From contig NC_087251.1 in the NCBI RefSeq assembly GCF_037042905.1, positions 496,001 through 560,000 on the forward strand: a stretch of DNA of 64,000 bases, in the 5' to 3' direction. This DNA comes from Lytechinus pictus (lineage: Eukaryota). Position numbers and translations under genes: made by a program. Each line of letters opens with the position of its first letter. The first letter of the stretch is position 1. Under the pieces are notes generated by a model that searched no databases, was not told the origin of the DNA, and worked only from the letters and a program-made list of their open reading frames with translations. This document shows, one piece after another, positions 1 through 12,649 of this stretch.

Positions 1-974
1 TTCAGAGCCAAAAAAGCAAAGATTGGATGCTGTAAATGTCGTAGAATTTTTTTTCAACAGCTAGATAATGTGAACCTTTTACCTTCATGTATTAGATTCA
101 TTCCCAAATTTCTAACTTGATCAATCTTGAACCTGGATTTCAGCCACATTGAGCATCTGAATAGCTGTATTTTGGCTTTGATCTTGCCGTCGTTTGAATT
201 CTTAGAGTTCGCTAAATGAACATAGAATGCAGCAAAATGTTCGTCGAGTTTGCATTTGCCGTATGTAACTGCTATCAACTTCAGCCCATATCAAAACAAG
301 TATAGCAGCAAACAGCGGAATGAGACTCTTCAGTATGAGAATTTGAACAATGATTTCAAGATCATAGCCAAAATGAAGCTGTTACTGATGCTTGATATGG
401 TTACAATTCAGATTAAGAATCAATGCTTTAGAAAAAATTTGGAAAAAACTTGAGATGAAATTAGTTTGCTAATATTGTAGGGTGCGAAAGGGCATAAGCA
501 TGCACAAGGGTTCTTTCAATTATTATTCATCCCCCTTTTTTACAAGGTTTTCTTCTTCTTTTCTTTTCTTTATTGCGCCATGAGCTTCATTTTATGATTG
601 ATACAGGCGCATTACAAATGTTCACATTATTATTATCACTCTCGGCGCTGCTCCATCTGCAGTGTTGTGATGTGGCTCTAAGTTCCAGTACCCAGAAATT
701 AATTTTGCTAAATCTTCTAGTCCAGAATCAAGATGGGTATTCCTTCCAGGCCCCAACGTTACCCTCCCCCCACAAAAAAAAGTTGAATAATTGATACAGG
801 TTTCACAAGACATGATTACATTCCAAATAACACATGTAAAGGGATTAAAAGAGGAGTTGCTCTTTAATTTGAGGAAACAGGATGGATGGATGGGCGGGAA
901 AAGACACATGCCAGGCTTTTAGTTTTGGGATGCACTTGGACAAAAGTTCTGAAAGGACATAAGATGGGATTTAC

Positions 975-1193
975 CAATTGGTAGCTCTATCCTGGACACA
1001 TAGTGGACAGTACCACTGATCTTGGTTAAGTTTTATTAAGGGAGGATCAAGACATTCGCAGTGGTAGACTATGGGGCAGTCATGGCAGAGAATGAGCTGG
1101 CCGGCATGTCCGCACGACCTACACAGCTCATTGTGGTCAAGGTTGATACCATGGAGTCGCCTACGGGCCACACGGTTCATGGCCTCCAGTTTC
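975..1193 (-). CDS. BAZ1A: BAZ1A exon 20 (second PHD finger)
   Basis: KLEAMNRVARRRLHGINLDHNELCRSCGHAGQLILCHDCPIVYHCECLDPPLIKLNQDQWYCPLCVQDRATN has a full C4HC3 pattern; aag acceptor fits phase 2, TG|gtaaat donor; 219 nt. Confidence 0.82.
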
Positions 1194-1402
1194 CTTTTAC
1201 ACACAATGAGGAAAAATTACATGGCAAAGCAAGAAAGATTCAGACCACACTACCATCAATATTTCAAATGTAATTTGCTTATTACACCTGAGAAAGAGTT
1301 AAATGACTATTCTATTACTAAAAAAATGGAAAGCAACTTTAATTTAAAAAAAAAAAAGAGCTCTGTATATCTATAAGAATTGAAGTAGCTGGCTCCATCT
1401 AA

Positions 1403-3236
1403 CCCTAATAGACCCGGGTTATTTTTACCCAAATCCCCCCCCCCCCCCAAGATCTCAGCCGCCGATCACACGAGCACCAAGAAAACTTGTGCAGTGGTAG
1501 AGTACAATGTAATCTTCAATGATGTATGGTTAATCTGAAATAAGATTTTTGTATAGCAATCGATCATGCTAATGTAGGCATAAAATAAAGAATTTATTCT
1601 ATTTAATGAAATACGGCCCTAAAACTGCTAATTTTCTATTCAGACACTTTGCAGGATGCTGATCAAAAGTACTAAATAACAAGTGGAACGCCTCTGGCAG
1701 TTTCGCCTGCATTACGCAATTCAATATAGCAGCAGTGCTGACTTTGAAAAACAGCTAATGAATAATTATTCACAGAAGAAAACACTAATATGATAATAAA
1801 ATATTATGTCCATTGACCCAAACTGACCTTTGACCATGATCGTGTGACCTAAGACATGTGCAAAACGATCATTCATACTTGATTACCCTTATGTTGTTGT
1901 TCCTAAGTTATAATGCCAATTCAACACATACTCCCAACACGGCCAGAGTTCATTGACCATTAAATTACCTTTGATCTTGGCCATGTTCCTGAAACACACA
2001 CAGGGTATTTGGGGATACATTGCTGCTCTTATATCCAAGTTTCATGAACTAAATCCATAGACTTTTAAAGTTATGATGACAATCTCACAAATACCCCTAA
2101 CATTTCCAAAGTTTGCTGACCCTAAATGACCTTTGACCTTGATCATGTGACCTGAATCTAGCACAGGATGTTCAAGGATACTTGATTGCTCTTATGTCCA
2201 AGTTTCATGTACTAGATCCATAAACTTTAAAAGTTATGACAATTCCTCAAATAACCCCAACATGGCCAAAGTTTGTTGAAAATAAAAGACCTTTGACCTT
2301 AATCATGTGACGTGAAACTCGCGCATGATATTCAGGAATACACGGTTGTTCTTATGTCCAAGTTTCATGAACTAGATCCATAAACTTTAAAAGTTATGAC
2401 AATTCCTCAAATAACCCCAACATGGCCAAAGTTTGTTGACCCTAAAAGACCTTTGACCTTAATCATGTGACATGAAACTCAGGCAGGATATTCAGTGATA
2501 CACTATTATGTCGATGTTTTATGAACTAGGTCCATATACTTTTGAAGTTATGACACCATTTCAAAAACTTAACCTTCGTTAAGATTTCGATATTGATTCC
2601 CCCAACATGGTCTAAGTTCATTGACCCTAAATGACCTTTGACCTTGGTCATGTGACCTGAAACTCAGGCAGGATGTTCAGTAATACTTTATTACCCTTAA
2701 GTCCAAGTTTCATGAACTAGGTCCACATACTTTCTAGTTATGATGACATTTAAAAAACTTAACCAAGGTTAAGATTTCAATGTTGACGACGCCGCCGTCG
2801 CAGTAGGAAAAATGGCGCCTATAGTCTCGCTCTGCTATGCAGGCCAGACAAAAATTTAGTATCGCAATTTTTTAATGAATTTATTGGGGTTTTCTTATTC
2901 TTATACATTTCTTTGTTTATCGGCTTTCTGTTTTTTGTTTCTTCAACAAACATTGTCAGAGACACTATTTCCGCCCTAAATGATGTGAAAACAATTTTTA
3001 GTCAGTAAAGTCAAAGTAATAATACATTTAAGTAGATTTGGCTACATAGAGACTTTGCATCAGATTTGTACATGAAATCACATTTCTGAAATAAGATGAA
3101 TTTGGTCTCAAATGTCATGAATTTGGTCTCAAAAGTTGTGTTGAGACGTGAAACGACGTGGCACCAGCTTTTTGCCTTACAGATTTATCACAAAAAATAT
3201 TGAGGGGGCAGATTCCACCCCCCCAGTCTTTTAGGG
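1403..3236. mobile_element. piggyBac-like (CCCT...AGGG) non-autonomous element interrupted by a HINE insertion
   Basis: Ends ctaa|CCCTAATAGACCCGGG and CAGTCTTTTAGGG|ttag (degenerate TTAA); body colinear with the copy at 7496-8249. Confidence 0.7.
1678..2854 (+). mobile_element. Helentron-associated (HINE/Tsp/pearl-like) element with about 160-bp internal tandem repeats
   Basis: Starts AACAAG, subterminal GTTTCGCCTGCA, central repeats with TGACCTTTGACCT (periodicity 2221 to 2381), 3' hairpin GTCTCGC...TGCAGGCCAGAC then an A-run; inserted in an A-run of the host MITE. Confidence 0.75.
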
Positions 3237-4044
3237 TTAGAAGAATAGTAAAAATTATACATGCATAAGCAAAGAAGCAAGATCATCCTTCCCTTAATAA
3301 CAATGGATAGATTAGCATTCACATTTTTTTTTCTAGAATTGCCTTATGAACCCAGCCAGAAGCAATTAAAACAAAACGTAAAATTAAAGAGATAATTTTT
3401 CTTTAATCATGATTCCTCACACACATATAGTCTGTAATAGACAAATAGTCTATTACTGTCTTTTACAGTCTATGAACACCAAAATCATTAAATAGGCAAA
3501 ATATATTACTTTTGTTCCATGTCCAGCAAGAAAATGAACTATTTTGAGTAACCATATTACTTGTTTCTTTGAAATGTGATAGATCTATATGAAAACTAAA
3601 AATGAAATTGAAACTCTCCTGGAGCTTATTATCTTTTACCAAAACAAAATGATGGACAAAATACTTGTACACTGCAATAACTGAGTTGATGAGAGAGAAT
3701 AGAATTAGAAGTATTATAGGAACATCACACAACTCTCAAAAATCAGTAGATTAACACATACATGTATGATAGGAAAAAAAAACATATACAAGTGTCAAAA
3801 AGATAAAAGCAATACTATATATAATGGACTCTTTAAGAACATTTCATGTTTGTGATATATTTGAAATCTTACAAATATAAAATCTTAAAATGCCTTTTTG
3901 CCCTTGTTTATGGCATTACAAATTAAATCCTATTTATGCATTCAATTCTTGTGCAGCTTTTAATCTCTTAATGTTTACTCATTCGTCTGCCAGAATATTT
4001 TGTGTGAATAATAAGTTGATTAAATAAAGTTTGAGATACGTTAC

Positions 4045-4334
4045 CTGTCATTATCTTCATCATCATCTTCCTCCTCTTCCTCTTCCTCTTCCTCTTCTTC
4101 TTCTTCTTCAACATCGACTTCCATTTCTTCATCTTCTTCTTCCTCCTCCTCTTCCTCCTCATCTTCACTTTCCTTTTCTTCCTCTGAGCTTTCTTCACTC
4201 TCTTCTTCCTCCTCCTCCTCCTCACTGGATGATTCTTCTACGACTTGTTTCTTCTTTGCTCTCTGTTTGTGAGGGCTTCTCTTGATTTGCTTGGGGGCAC
4301 AGTCTTTGCAGAACCAATCACCCTGTGGCACTTT
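4045..4334 (-). CDS. BAZ1A: BAZ1A exon 19 (end of PHD1 and long Glu/Asp tract)
   Basis: KVPQGDWFCKDCAPK...poly-E/D; tag acceptor, AG|gtaacg donor; 290 nt. Confidence 0.93.
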
Positions 4335-5285
4335 CTAAAACAACAAAGAACATTGGCATCTTTAATTATAACACTCAGTTGAGTGAAGTTAATCCACTCA
4401 AGTCTGCAGATAGTGATTAACAATGAAAATAAAAGCTTTTATGAAAGTTTACAATGCACTAAACTGCAGTACGTTAGCAACATGGACAAAACCAGACTTG
4501 GCAAAAAATAAATTGGGACAGAATTTACTAACAGACAATGGGATGATGTTAAATATTATCAGCATTCCATTGATGAGTGGATACCATGCATGACCATGGA
4601 GTTTCGAAAAGCACCTAAACAAGTATTTTCCATGTTCTGAAAATGCACCCCTTAACAAGTATTGGAGTATGAAACCCTACCCTTAACAAGTATTAGAAAC
4701 AAAATGGTACCATTGATAAGCATTCCGTACCTTTGACCCCCTAAACAAGTATAGTAATAGTTCATAATAGCCCCAGCATTAGTAGCAATCTTTTTTTTTC
4801 TAGTATGTGTATGCACATTTGAATTAAAATTACATCAGAGAAGCAAACAAACAAACAATTAATAAGTTTGCAATTAACATTTTATTTGACTTGATTCCAT
4901 GAAGATGGGATGAAATATCAAGTTAATCACTTCCAGAAATTTCATGATGATCTTTCATGAATACTTGTATGTAAAAAATCAAATACATTCATAATTAACA
5001 TCACTTCATGATAGTCAGATCAGACATAGATAGTCTGATCAGACATATCTTTTTAAACTTTAAAACAATCTATTCTCCTAGATCTGTGCATGTACAAAAA
5101 ATTAATGTATAGAAAATAAAGTTATTTATTAGGTTAACTGTTGAGCAGACTTGTACTTGCACATAAGGACTAATGAACCTTGAGATCTAAATGGACGGTC
5201 AGTGATTGGTATTATACATCGATGTATGTAGAAAGAATGAGTGAACAAAATTGCTTGAGACAAAGAGCAATTAGCAAGGGCTTAC

Positions 5286-5521
5286 CTTGAGGGGAGGTTT
5301 GAGGCAGAACATGTGATGACCTCTATTACAGCTATCACATAGCAACATAGCTTCAGGGTTACCACCACGACGGCACATCCTGCAACGAGCCTTCAGGATT
5401 GACTTGTTCCATGTGACTGAACGTTCAAGGGTGGAGAGATGAAGGAAGATCTGAGACAGGCTGGTGCAGGCCATCAAAGATTCTTCCCAACACTCACGGC
5501 ATGTCTTCTTGGGTTTCTTCT
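5286..5521 (-). CDS. BAZ1A: BAZ1A exon 18 (first part of PHD finger 1)
   Basis: KKPKKTCRECWEESLMACTSLSQIFLHLSTLERSVTWNKSILKARCRMCRRGGNPEAMLLCDSCNRGHHMFCLKPPLK; tag acceptor, gtaagc donor; 236 nt. Confidence 0.95.
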
Positions 5522-6704
5522 CTATAAGACAGATAGTTGTAAAATAATTATGTAATACTCCCTAGGATATGGATAATGTATACATTGCTTGCAGGCAAGC
5601 CAGATTAGGGCAAAAATGCCTGGAAGGCCCCCCCCCCCCCCTTTTGACTGTTCATACAATATGTATGCTATGTGAAAAGCTTTCAAAGCGATGCTTGTGA
5701 CCTTTTTCATTAGTCTCATGCACCTTTTGAGACCAAAATTTGTGATGCCCAGGTACGCTTGTCTGGAAGATACAAATAATGTTGATGCTTTCCACAACAG
5801 AAATACCAATACAGTTAAGTCACAAATTGTTGTTTAAAATGTCTGTTATAAAATTTTGATTTGATATGATTTGACTTGATTTGATTTATATGTAAGTCAC
5901 TCGTAGCTCATTTCATTCTCAGATGCAGTACTTCAAATAACAGAAGTTTTGTATCTGCATACATTTATATATAAAAAGAACTCTGTAAAACAATGACTTA
6001 ATTAGCAATTTATATCCGCTGTATCAAAAACATACTACATGTATTTCCCCTCCCCCCTTTTTTTGTAATGCACATAAAGCTTTGCTTCATTTTTTTATCC
6101 TTTGAGTGAAAAGCAATCAAACTCGTATTGTTTGTACCTTGTCTTATGTATCAAAAATATTTCTAGAACATGGGAATGAAATAATCTCTTGTTTAATTTT
6201 TTTTAAGTCACAATAACTGTACACCCTAAATTATATATGTTATAATATTGCTCTCCAAATAGCAATAGGTCAAAAACATATGTAAAAGTAAAAAATAAAA
6301 GATTAAAAGAAATTGAAAAAAAAAAAAAAACTCTGAACTAATATAGGCCTGAATTCACAAGGCTTGTTCAGACTTTCTGTATAACTGTGCCTCATTCAGC
6401 CGGTACACTGAGAAAGGTTTGATAATACACGTGTACATGTACATGCCAGCTCTTGGCAAAGGACACTAAATCATACATTTAGTGCCCTTTGCCAAAAGTG
6501 AGCCTTTATATTGTACATTTCTCGGTGTATATGTTGAAGTGTCAGTCCTTGGCTTGAAAATCAAAAATGTGTCTCTTTGGAGAATGTGAGTTACTGAGTC
6601 ATGGTTCCAAGATGGTTCCTAAACTTGGATTGAACCAGTCCGTAGGACCTAAATACCCACTCTACACCAGAGCATGCAGACACAGCAGAAAACAGCTATC
6701 TTAA

Positions 6705-7417
6705 CCCTAAAATGGCCGGGGGGGGGTTGAATCAACCCCCCCCTCAACATTTTCTGCGATCATTCCGCCACGCGAAATTTTTTGACCGCGCCACTCGCAG
6801 AGTTTATACTTTTAAGTCTCGCGCATCTTTTGAGACCAAATTTACGACGCCCAGGTACGCGGTTCCGAAATTACGCAACATTTTGTAAGTGCATGTCAGA
6901 CCAAAAATTGCTCCAAAACGTGATTTTGTGTACAAAGTCAATGCAAATTGAGTTTTCTCATCTTATTCATAAAGATATCATTATTTCTACTTTAAACAGC
7001 TGAAAGCAATTGATTTTAGCATAATTATGCTTCAAAAAGATTGTGCAATAAATCTGGTGAAAAAAACAACGAAAAAAAAAAGGTTGAAAAACAAAGAAAT
7101 ACATAAGAAATTCATAAAAGAATAAAATACATAAGAAATTGATTTCCAAACCAAAGTTTTTTTCAATTGCCATTGTTAAGAATGCTACAAAGAATATTTT
7201 TACCAAAAATTAGCATTCTAGGAGCTTTATTTAGTGAATTAGAGCAAAAAGTATGATTTATGCATAAATTAGCATAATTAATTCATATAAAATAAAATCT
7301 CATTATTTTGGAAAATTTTACCATACAGCCTTGTAGATTACATCGCACACTACCAGCGTGCAAATTTTTGCGGCGCTCGCGCGATCGGCGGCCGAGATCT
7401 CAGGGGGGGGTTGAATC

Positions 7418-7455
<38 letters not shown>

Positions 7456-7491
7456 CCACAGAACAGCCAAAAAAGCCCGGCCTAGATAGGG
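6705..7491. mobile_element. piggyBac-like MITE, TTAA-flanked
   Basis: TTAA(6701-6704)|CCCTAAAATGGCCGGG ... CCCGGCCTAGATAGGG|TTAA(7492-7495); no coding capacity. Confidence 0.85.
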
Positions 7492-7495
7492 TTAA

Positions 7496-8249
7496 ACCTA
7501 AAAGAGCCGGATTATTTGGACCCATCTCACAGCTGGGGAGGGGCGGATTCCACCTCGGCCTTTGATCGCGTTATGCCGTGAAAATTTGAACAGTGGAAGT
7601 GTGCGATATAATCTACAAGGCTGTACGGTTAATTTTTTTTAAATAAGATTTTTCGTTTAATGAAATAATTATGCTAATTTATTCATGAAATAAAACATTT
7701 GCTCTAATCATCTATCATACTGCCTCAAAACTGCTAATTTTTTATTCACTCTATGTAGGATCCTGATCAAATGTACCTCAAAAAAAATTTGGTATCGTAA
7801 TTTTTTTCTTATGTATTTTATTGTTTTTTTTATTTCTTATGTATTTCTTTGTTTTTTTACTTTTTGTTTATATTGTTTTTTCGATGGAAGTTGTTTCAAT
7901 CTTAATTCTGATCATAAGACAAAATTAATCAAGTTTAATCAGTAAAAGTAGAAATAATGATACATTTATGAATTTTGGCTAAATACACAATTTGCATTGG
8001 ATCTGTACATAAATTCACGTTTTTGAGCAGTTTTGGGTATGACATGCACTTACATAATGTTGCATAATTTTGTAACCGTGTACCCGGGCATCGCAATTTG
8101 GTCTCAAAAGTTGCGTGAGATTTGAAAGCTATTATAAGTCAGCAAGCGGGGCGGTTGAAAATTTCGCGCAGCGGATTTATTGTGAAAAATGTAGAGGGGG
8201 GGCGGATTCCACCCCCCCACACCCCCCCCCCCCCCCGGGCCTTTTAGGG
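7496..8249. mobile_element. Second, diverged member of the same piggyBac-like MITE family, in opposite orientation
   Basis: Shares TTAA 7492-7495; ends CCGGGCCTTTTAGGG|TTAA(8250-8253); body is reverse-complementary to 6705-7491. Confidence 0.8.
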
Positions 8250-9071
8250 TTAATTAATAATAGTTAATTATATTTTGACTGGATTTAATTATGGAATAAA
8301 TAGTTAAGAATACTTTTAGAAGTGAAATGTATGATTTTAGAATAGATGACATTTTAAGGGTTATATTTTTAGTGTTTTCACTTTGTTTTTAAGTAACAAA
8401 AATGGTTTTAAAAAATAAAAATTAAAAAACTGATATAATTTTTTAATGTGATTTAAATCAAATAAATGAGACTTTGTATTTAAAAAAAAAAAAAAATTGG
8501 CAACCCTGTCACGAACAGAAAGAAGTACATATTCTAGACATTCACACCAAACCAATTTGTGAACTACTTGCTAAATTGGATCAATCAATACATTAGAGTT
8601 GTGGCTACATGTTTATAATTTGTTGTGGGGTTTATAGTTTAAGTTTTAATAGGAAAAGAAGAGCAGTATCTGTATAAAAGCTGAGGGTACTTGCAAGGAC
8701 AACAGATGGAACAGAAGCCTTGGGAATCATGAGTCATCAAAGTATGGATTCATCAAAGAGCGATACTCGTCAGTTCATTATCATCAAAAACAATTTATTG
8801 GATTTGTAATCCCACTCCATTTTTTAAAGTAGTTGTGAGTCATTATGAAATGGGCCAAAAGGCTGTAGAAGCCATGATTAGAGCCAAAATATTCTTCAGT
8901 TTATAAATCATATAGGCCATACTGATTAAAAATCATTCCTTTCCAGTATAGGTTCTACAAACAGCAAGTGAATGCTGGCATTTATAATGGAACCTCATTC
9001 AATGTCAGCTTGCCTTTCAGTCCAAAGGCATGCAATTTCCCTGTATAAGAGATTTCAACCTTATATCTAAC

Positions 9072-9158
9072 CTTCTTTATCATCTTCTTCCTCCTTCTCT
9101 TTCTCTTCATCTTGCTTTTTCCTTGTTCTTGTCATTGGTTTGTTTTCTTCTGGATTTC
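9072..9158 (-). CDS. BAZ1A: BAZ1A exon 17
   Basis: Read manually: ttcccccag|GA AAT CCA GAA = (G)NPEENKPMTRTRKKQDEEKEKEEEDDKE; G|gttaga donor; 87 nt, phase 1-1. Confidence 0.75.
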
Positions 9159-9863
9159 CTGGGGGAAAAAAATACATATTATCAAAGTAAGCTATTTTTG
9201 TGTTGTGAGGTACCACTGCCACTTAGCCAAACTGTACTAACAAAGCTACATCCCTTTTGGAATAAAATCTTAAGATCCTAGCACATAACACAAAAGTTTA
9301 TGACTAACTTTAGATAATTTACACCCCTCTGCCAACATTATATCTAAAGAACAAAAGACTTTAACCACACATCGATAAATATAAGTAAAATAGATGCATC
9401 ATGGATACTTTATTTTTGCCAAGAAGAGTTGGACTCAGACATCAAATGATTACACATACTCCATCTCTTGCATTCATCCTTACAAGAGTTTTCTGTATTA
9501 AGGGTAGAAAGGGGAATTACTAATGTATGGACTAGAGTTCAGGAAGTGCTTTATTACAAGATAAATGATCAAAAGATTTTGTTAAAAGGTTTACTTAAAT
9601 ACGGTATATGCTGCTTAGTGTTAAGGAGCATGCTAACGGCCTACATCATGCCGAGAAATCAGGGCATATTCTTCTAAATAATTTTGTTTGATTTACACAT
9701 CTATGGAGAGCTGGCAGGGAACCATTATTCACCATCAAACAAACTTATGATAAACAAACCAGGGGGCTCTTATTGATTACAAAGGAAAGTGTGCATGTTA
9801 TTACAACATCATTGGTTTTCCTTCATGATTCAGACCAATTGATTCAGACATATCAATGCTTAC

Positions 9864-10024
9864 CAAGAGGTGCTTTGAGGTATTTATCATCGGCACCTTG
9901 AGATACCTGAAGCAGAGCACACGCTAGATCTCTAACTACATTATCGGCAAGATCAGGTGTATTACATCGTGTAGACGCAGGTGAACCTGTAGAACCGCTA
10001 TCACCTTTCTTCAAAGCAGACAGC
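9864..10024 (-). CDS. BAZ1A: BAZ1A exon 16
   Basis: LSALKKGDSGSTGSPASTRCNTPDLADNVVRDLACALLQVSQGADDKYLKAPL; tag acceptor, G|gtaagc donor; 161 nt. Confidence 0.92.
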
Positions 10025-10479
10025 CTACAAAGGAGTAAAAAACATAATAATCTGTTCATAAACTTACAACAGCCGAGACTGACATTGGGATTTTCAAGCA
10101 CCAATCACATGCAAGTTCCAAACAAGGCAGTGATATTGTGTCACACTCACTTGTGAAAATAACTAGAAATTTCACGATCTCCTTTGCTATACAACAGAGT
10201 TATATCCAAACCTCATTTCTAAATATCTGGTATAGAATGTAATTAAAAATAAATTTTCAGAAGGGCTATTTCATGAAATGCTACTCCCTTCAAACTTCCC
10301 CTGCACCCACTCCACCCCTTTTTTTTTTGTGGGTGCAGTGTAAGCTAAAGGTTTGAGAAGATGTAGTGTCATGAGCTTATTATTTAGAATTAAAAATTAA
10401 GAGAACAGTTTAAAAAAAAATGGAAGTGAGTAAAATAGAAAAGGAAAATTCAACATTTTGAAAATGACTACAACATGAA

Positions 10480-10965
10480 TTCAAATGACCTTTGACCATG
10501 AGACATGAACTCCAACCGCACCATAACATGCAGGTCCCCTTGGTACATACAACCCAAGTTTAGTTGGAAAGTGAGTGATGGTTGCGAAGTCTTGCAGGTA
10601 AACTTTAACGTTTGACCTGAAATGACCTTTGAGTTGACCTTACCATGCGACCCACAAAGGCATCATTACATGAATGTACCCCAACTGCATGTATCACCCA
10701 AGATTGGTTGCCATTGAAACAGAGTTATGTGTCATAAGAGAGTCATGCAAGTAAGCTTTGACACATGACCTCAAATGACCTTTGACCTTACCATGTGACC
10801 TCAACTGCTCCATAACATACAGCCCCCCTAAGTACATCTACAACCCAAGGTTGGTTGAAAAGTGACTTACATGTTGCAAAGTTAGATCTGTCATAATATT
10901 TGTGACGAACAGACGAAAGACGACAGATGAAAGTAGTACACTTGGATCCTATAGTCTCGCCTACA
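10480..10965 (+). mobile_element. Degenerate HINE-like element (about 157-bp unit family)
   Basis: Units with AAATGACCTTTGACC...CATGTGACC...CAACCCAAG, then a GACA-type microsatellite and CCTATAGTCTCGCC; related to 21955-22600; boundaries approximate. Confidence 0.6.
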
Positions 10966-11288
10966 GATTTCATGAATTAATTGCATTTAATTTAGGATAT
11001 ACTTTGAAAAAGGACTGACTATGAATGTGCACTTTTGTTAAAGTGCAAATAATTCATGTTTATAGCACTAAGGTTTGAGACCAAAGCTTATTGAAATTAA
11101 TTTGAGTAAACTTCAAGGCCATATTTTTAAGTTTGGTGGTCCACAAAAACTATTGCAATTCAATACCTTATGACAATGTATACATTCACTATTCAAACTT
11201 TCTTAAAGTATGTGCTAAATTCTACACATGTAATATAGGAAACCTGCATGGTTTCAGAAGCACTTTGATGAATTCAGGTTTAACTCAC

Positions 11289-11464
11289 CTATCCTTTGAC
11301 TTTGGTTTCTCCTCTGGGAGAGGTAGATCAGACAAAGACATGTTTAGGAAGTCACCATCATCTAACATAGAACGTGCCCAGACAGGTCCCCAAGAAATCT
11401 CTTTACACTGACGATCGTACGATCCCTGCTCAATCGCTGCTACCCAAGCTGAACGGTCAGTCAC
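11289..11464 (-). CDS. BAZ1A: BAZ1A exon 15
   Basis: VTDRSAWVAAIEQGSYDRQCKEISWGPVWARS...KSKD; aag acceptor, AG|gtgagt donor; 176 nt. Confidence 0.9.
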
Positions 11465-12649
11465 CTTAAAACAACACATCATAAAGAAAAGGAAGGGTTT
11501 GGAAGCACCTGGAAACATTTATCATAATGAAAATCTATCCAACTATTCACATTACTGTGCAAAAACATGCTCATAGTATAAAAGTGCCTATAAAAATATC
11601 TAATCCACATTTAGGATTATATTCATATCATTGAAGATTATTATTCAAATTTTTCAAAATATAAAAACAAATCTTCAACTTTTCATCAAAACCTTACTAG
11701 TACCTCTGACATCACAGAAGACTCAACTACAATGGACATTGAAGTAAAAATTCAATTTTCCTAAATTTTGGAGTCGGGTTGAGATGAAACTTTGAGTTTG
11801 AGTGATTCCTTAGCTGAGACTCAGCATTCACAGTAAGCCTACAAGAGTGGGCAATTACAAATATTCCATATTTTGCGTGCTCTGATTTTTCAGTTTACCA
11901 GGTTTCTCTCTTCCAGATTATCCCACTGACGTTGTGTGTAAATTCCCCAGTGGGCAATATTCAAAAATCCAGTTGGAACCAGTTTGTGATACAACAAATA
12001 ATGTGCATCACAGCTCTATGCAGCAAATGATGCATGCATTTTTAGTATATCAAACCGAAGCACAATATCTGTGAGTGTTAAGTGTATGGGCGCACCATAC
12101 ATGATGCAAGCCTGCCCGATAAGTCGGTTACAGTTTATATCAAAATTACTTAGCCAGGATTACTCCATCATGTTCATGAACAACATGAAATCATAAGTAA
12201 TGGCAAGTAAACAGGCATGTACATGTAAATTGTTCCAAATAATAGCCTCAATTTACACATCATACAGCTGGAGGTAATAACAGTATTGATTGGCTCCTCT
12301 TTCATAGTCAAAAACCAAATACATTGTCCTTAAAAACTAGCACATCAATGATGTGGAGCTCATCCGGCATCTCGCAACGAAATTTAACACAATTTAATTT
12401 CAGCCCAGTTGACACTGTAGTGAATTACATTGGTGACATTAATTGAGAATATAGAATTGAAATTGATGAAGAAATGACATAGAAGCATTTTTTGTGATCT
12501 ATGAATAAATTTCATATAAATTAAGCATAAATAATTTTCTAGTCAAAATTTCTAAACTCTGTGTAGAACCTTGGTGAACCTCATTAAGCTCTCAGATGAA
12601 ACAAAAATAATCAACAAATAAATAAGTATTTTTTGTGAGTTTTGAAAAT

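Noticed and set aside
54..909. Minus-strand ORFs 54-278 and 622-909 as further BAZ1A exons
   Set aside because: No convincing polypyrimidine acceptor and no PHD or bromodomain similarity; left uncalled
3968..4285. Poly-Arg/Lys and Pro/Leu ORFs
   Set aside because: Alternative frames and strand of the acidic exon 19
6390..6545. Small imperfect palindrome centred near 6473
   Set aside because: Probably a decayed MITE; no definable TIR/TSD and no evidence for a structured RNA
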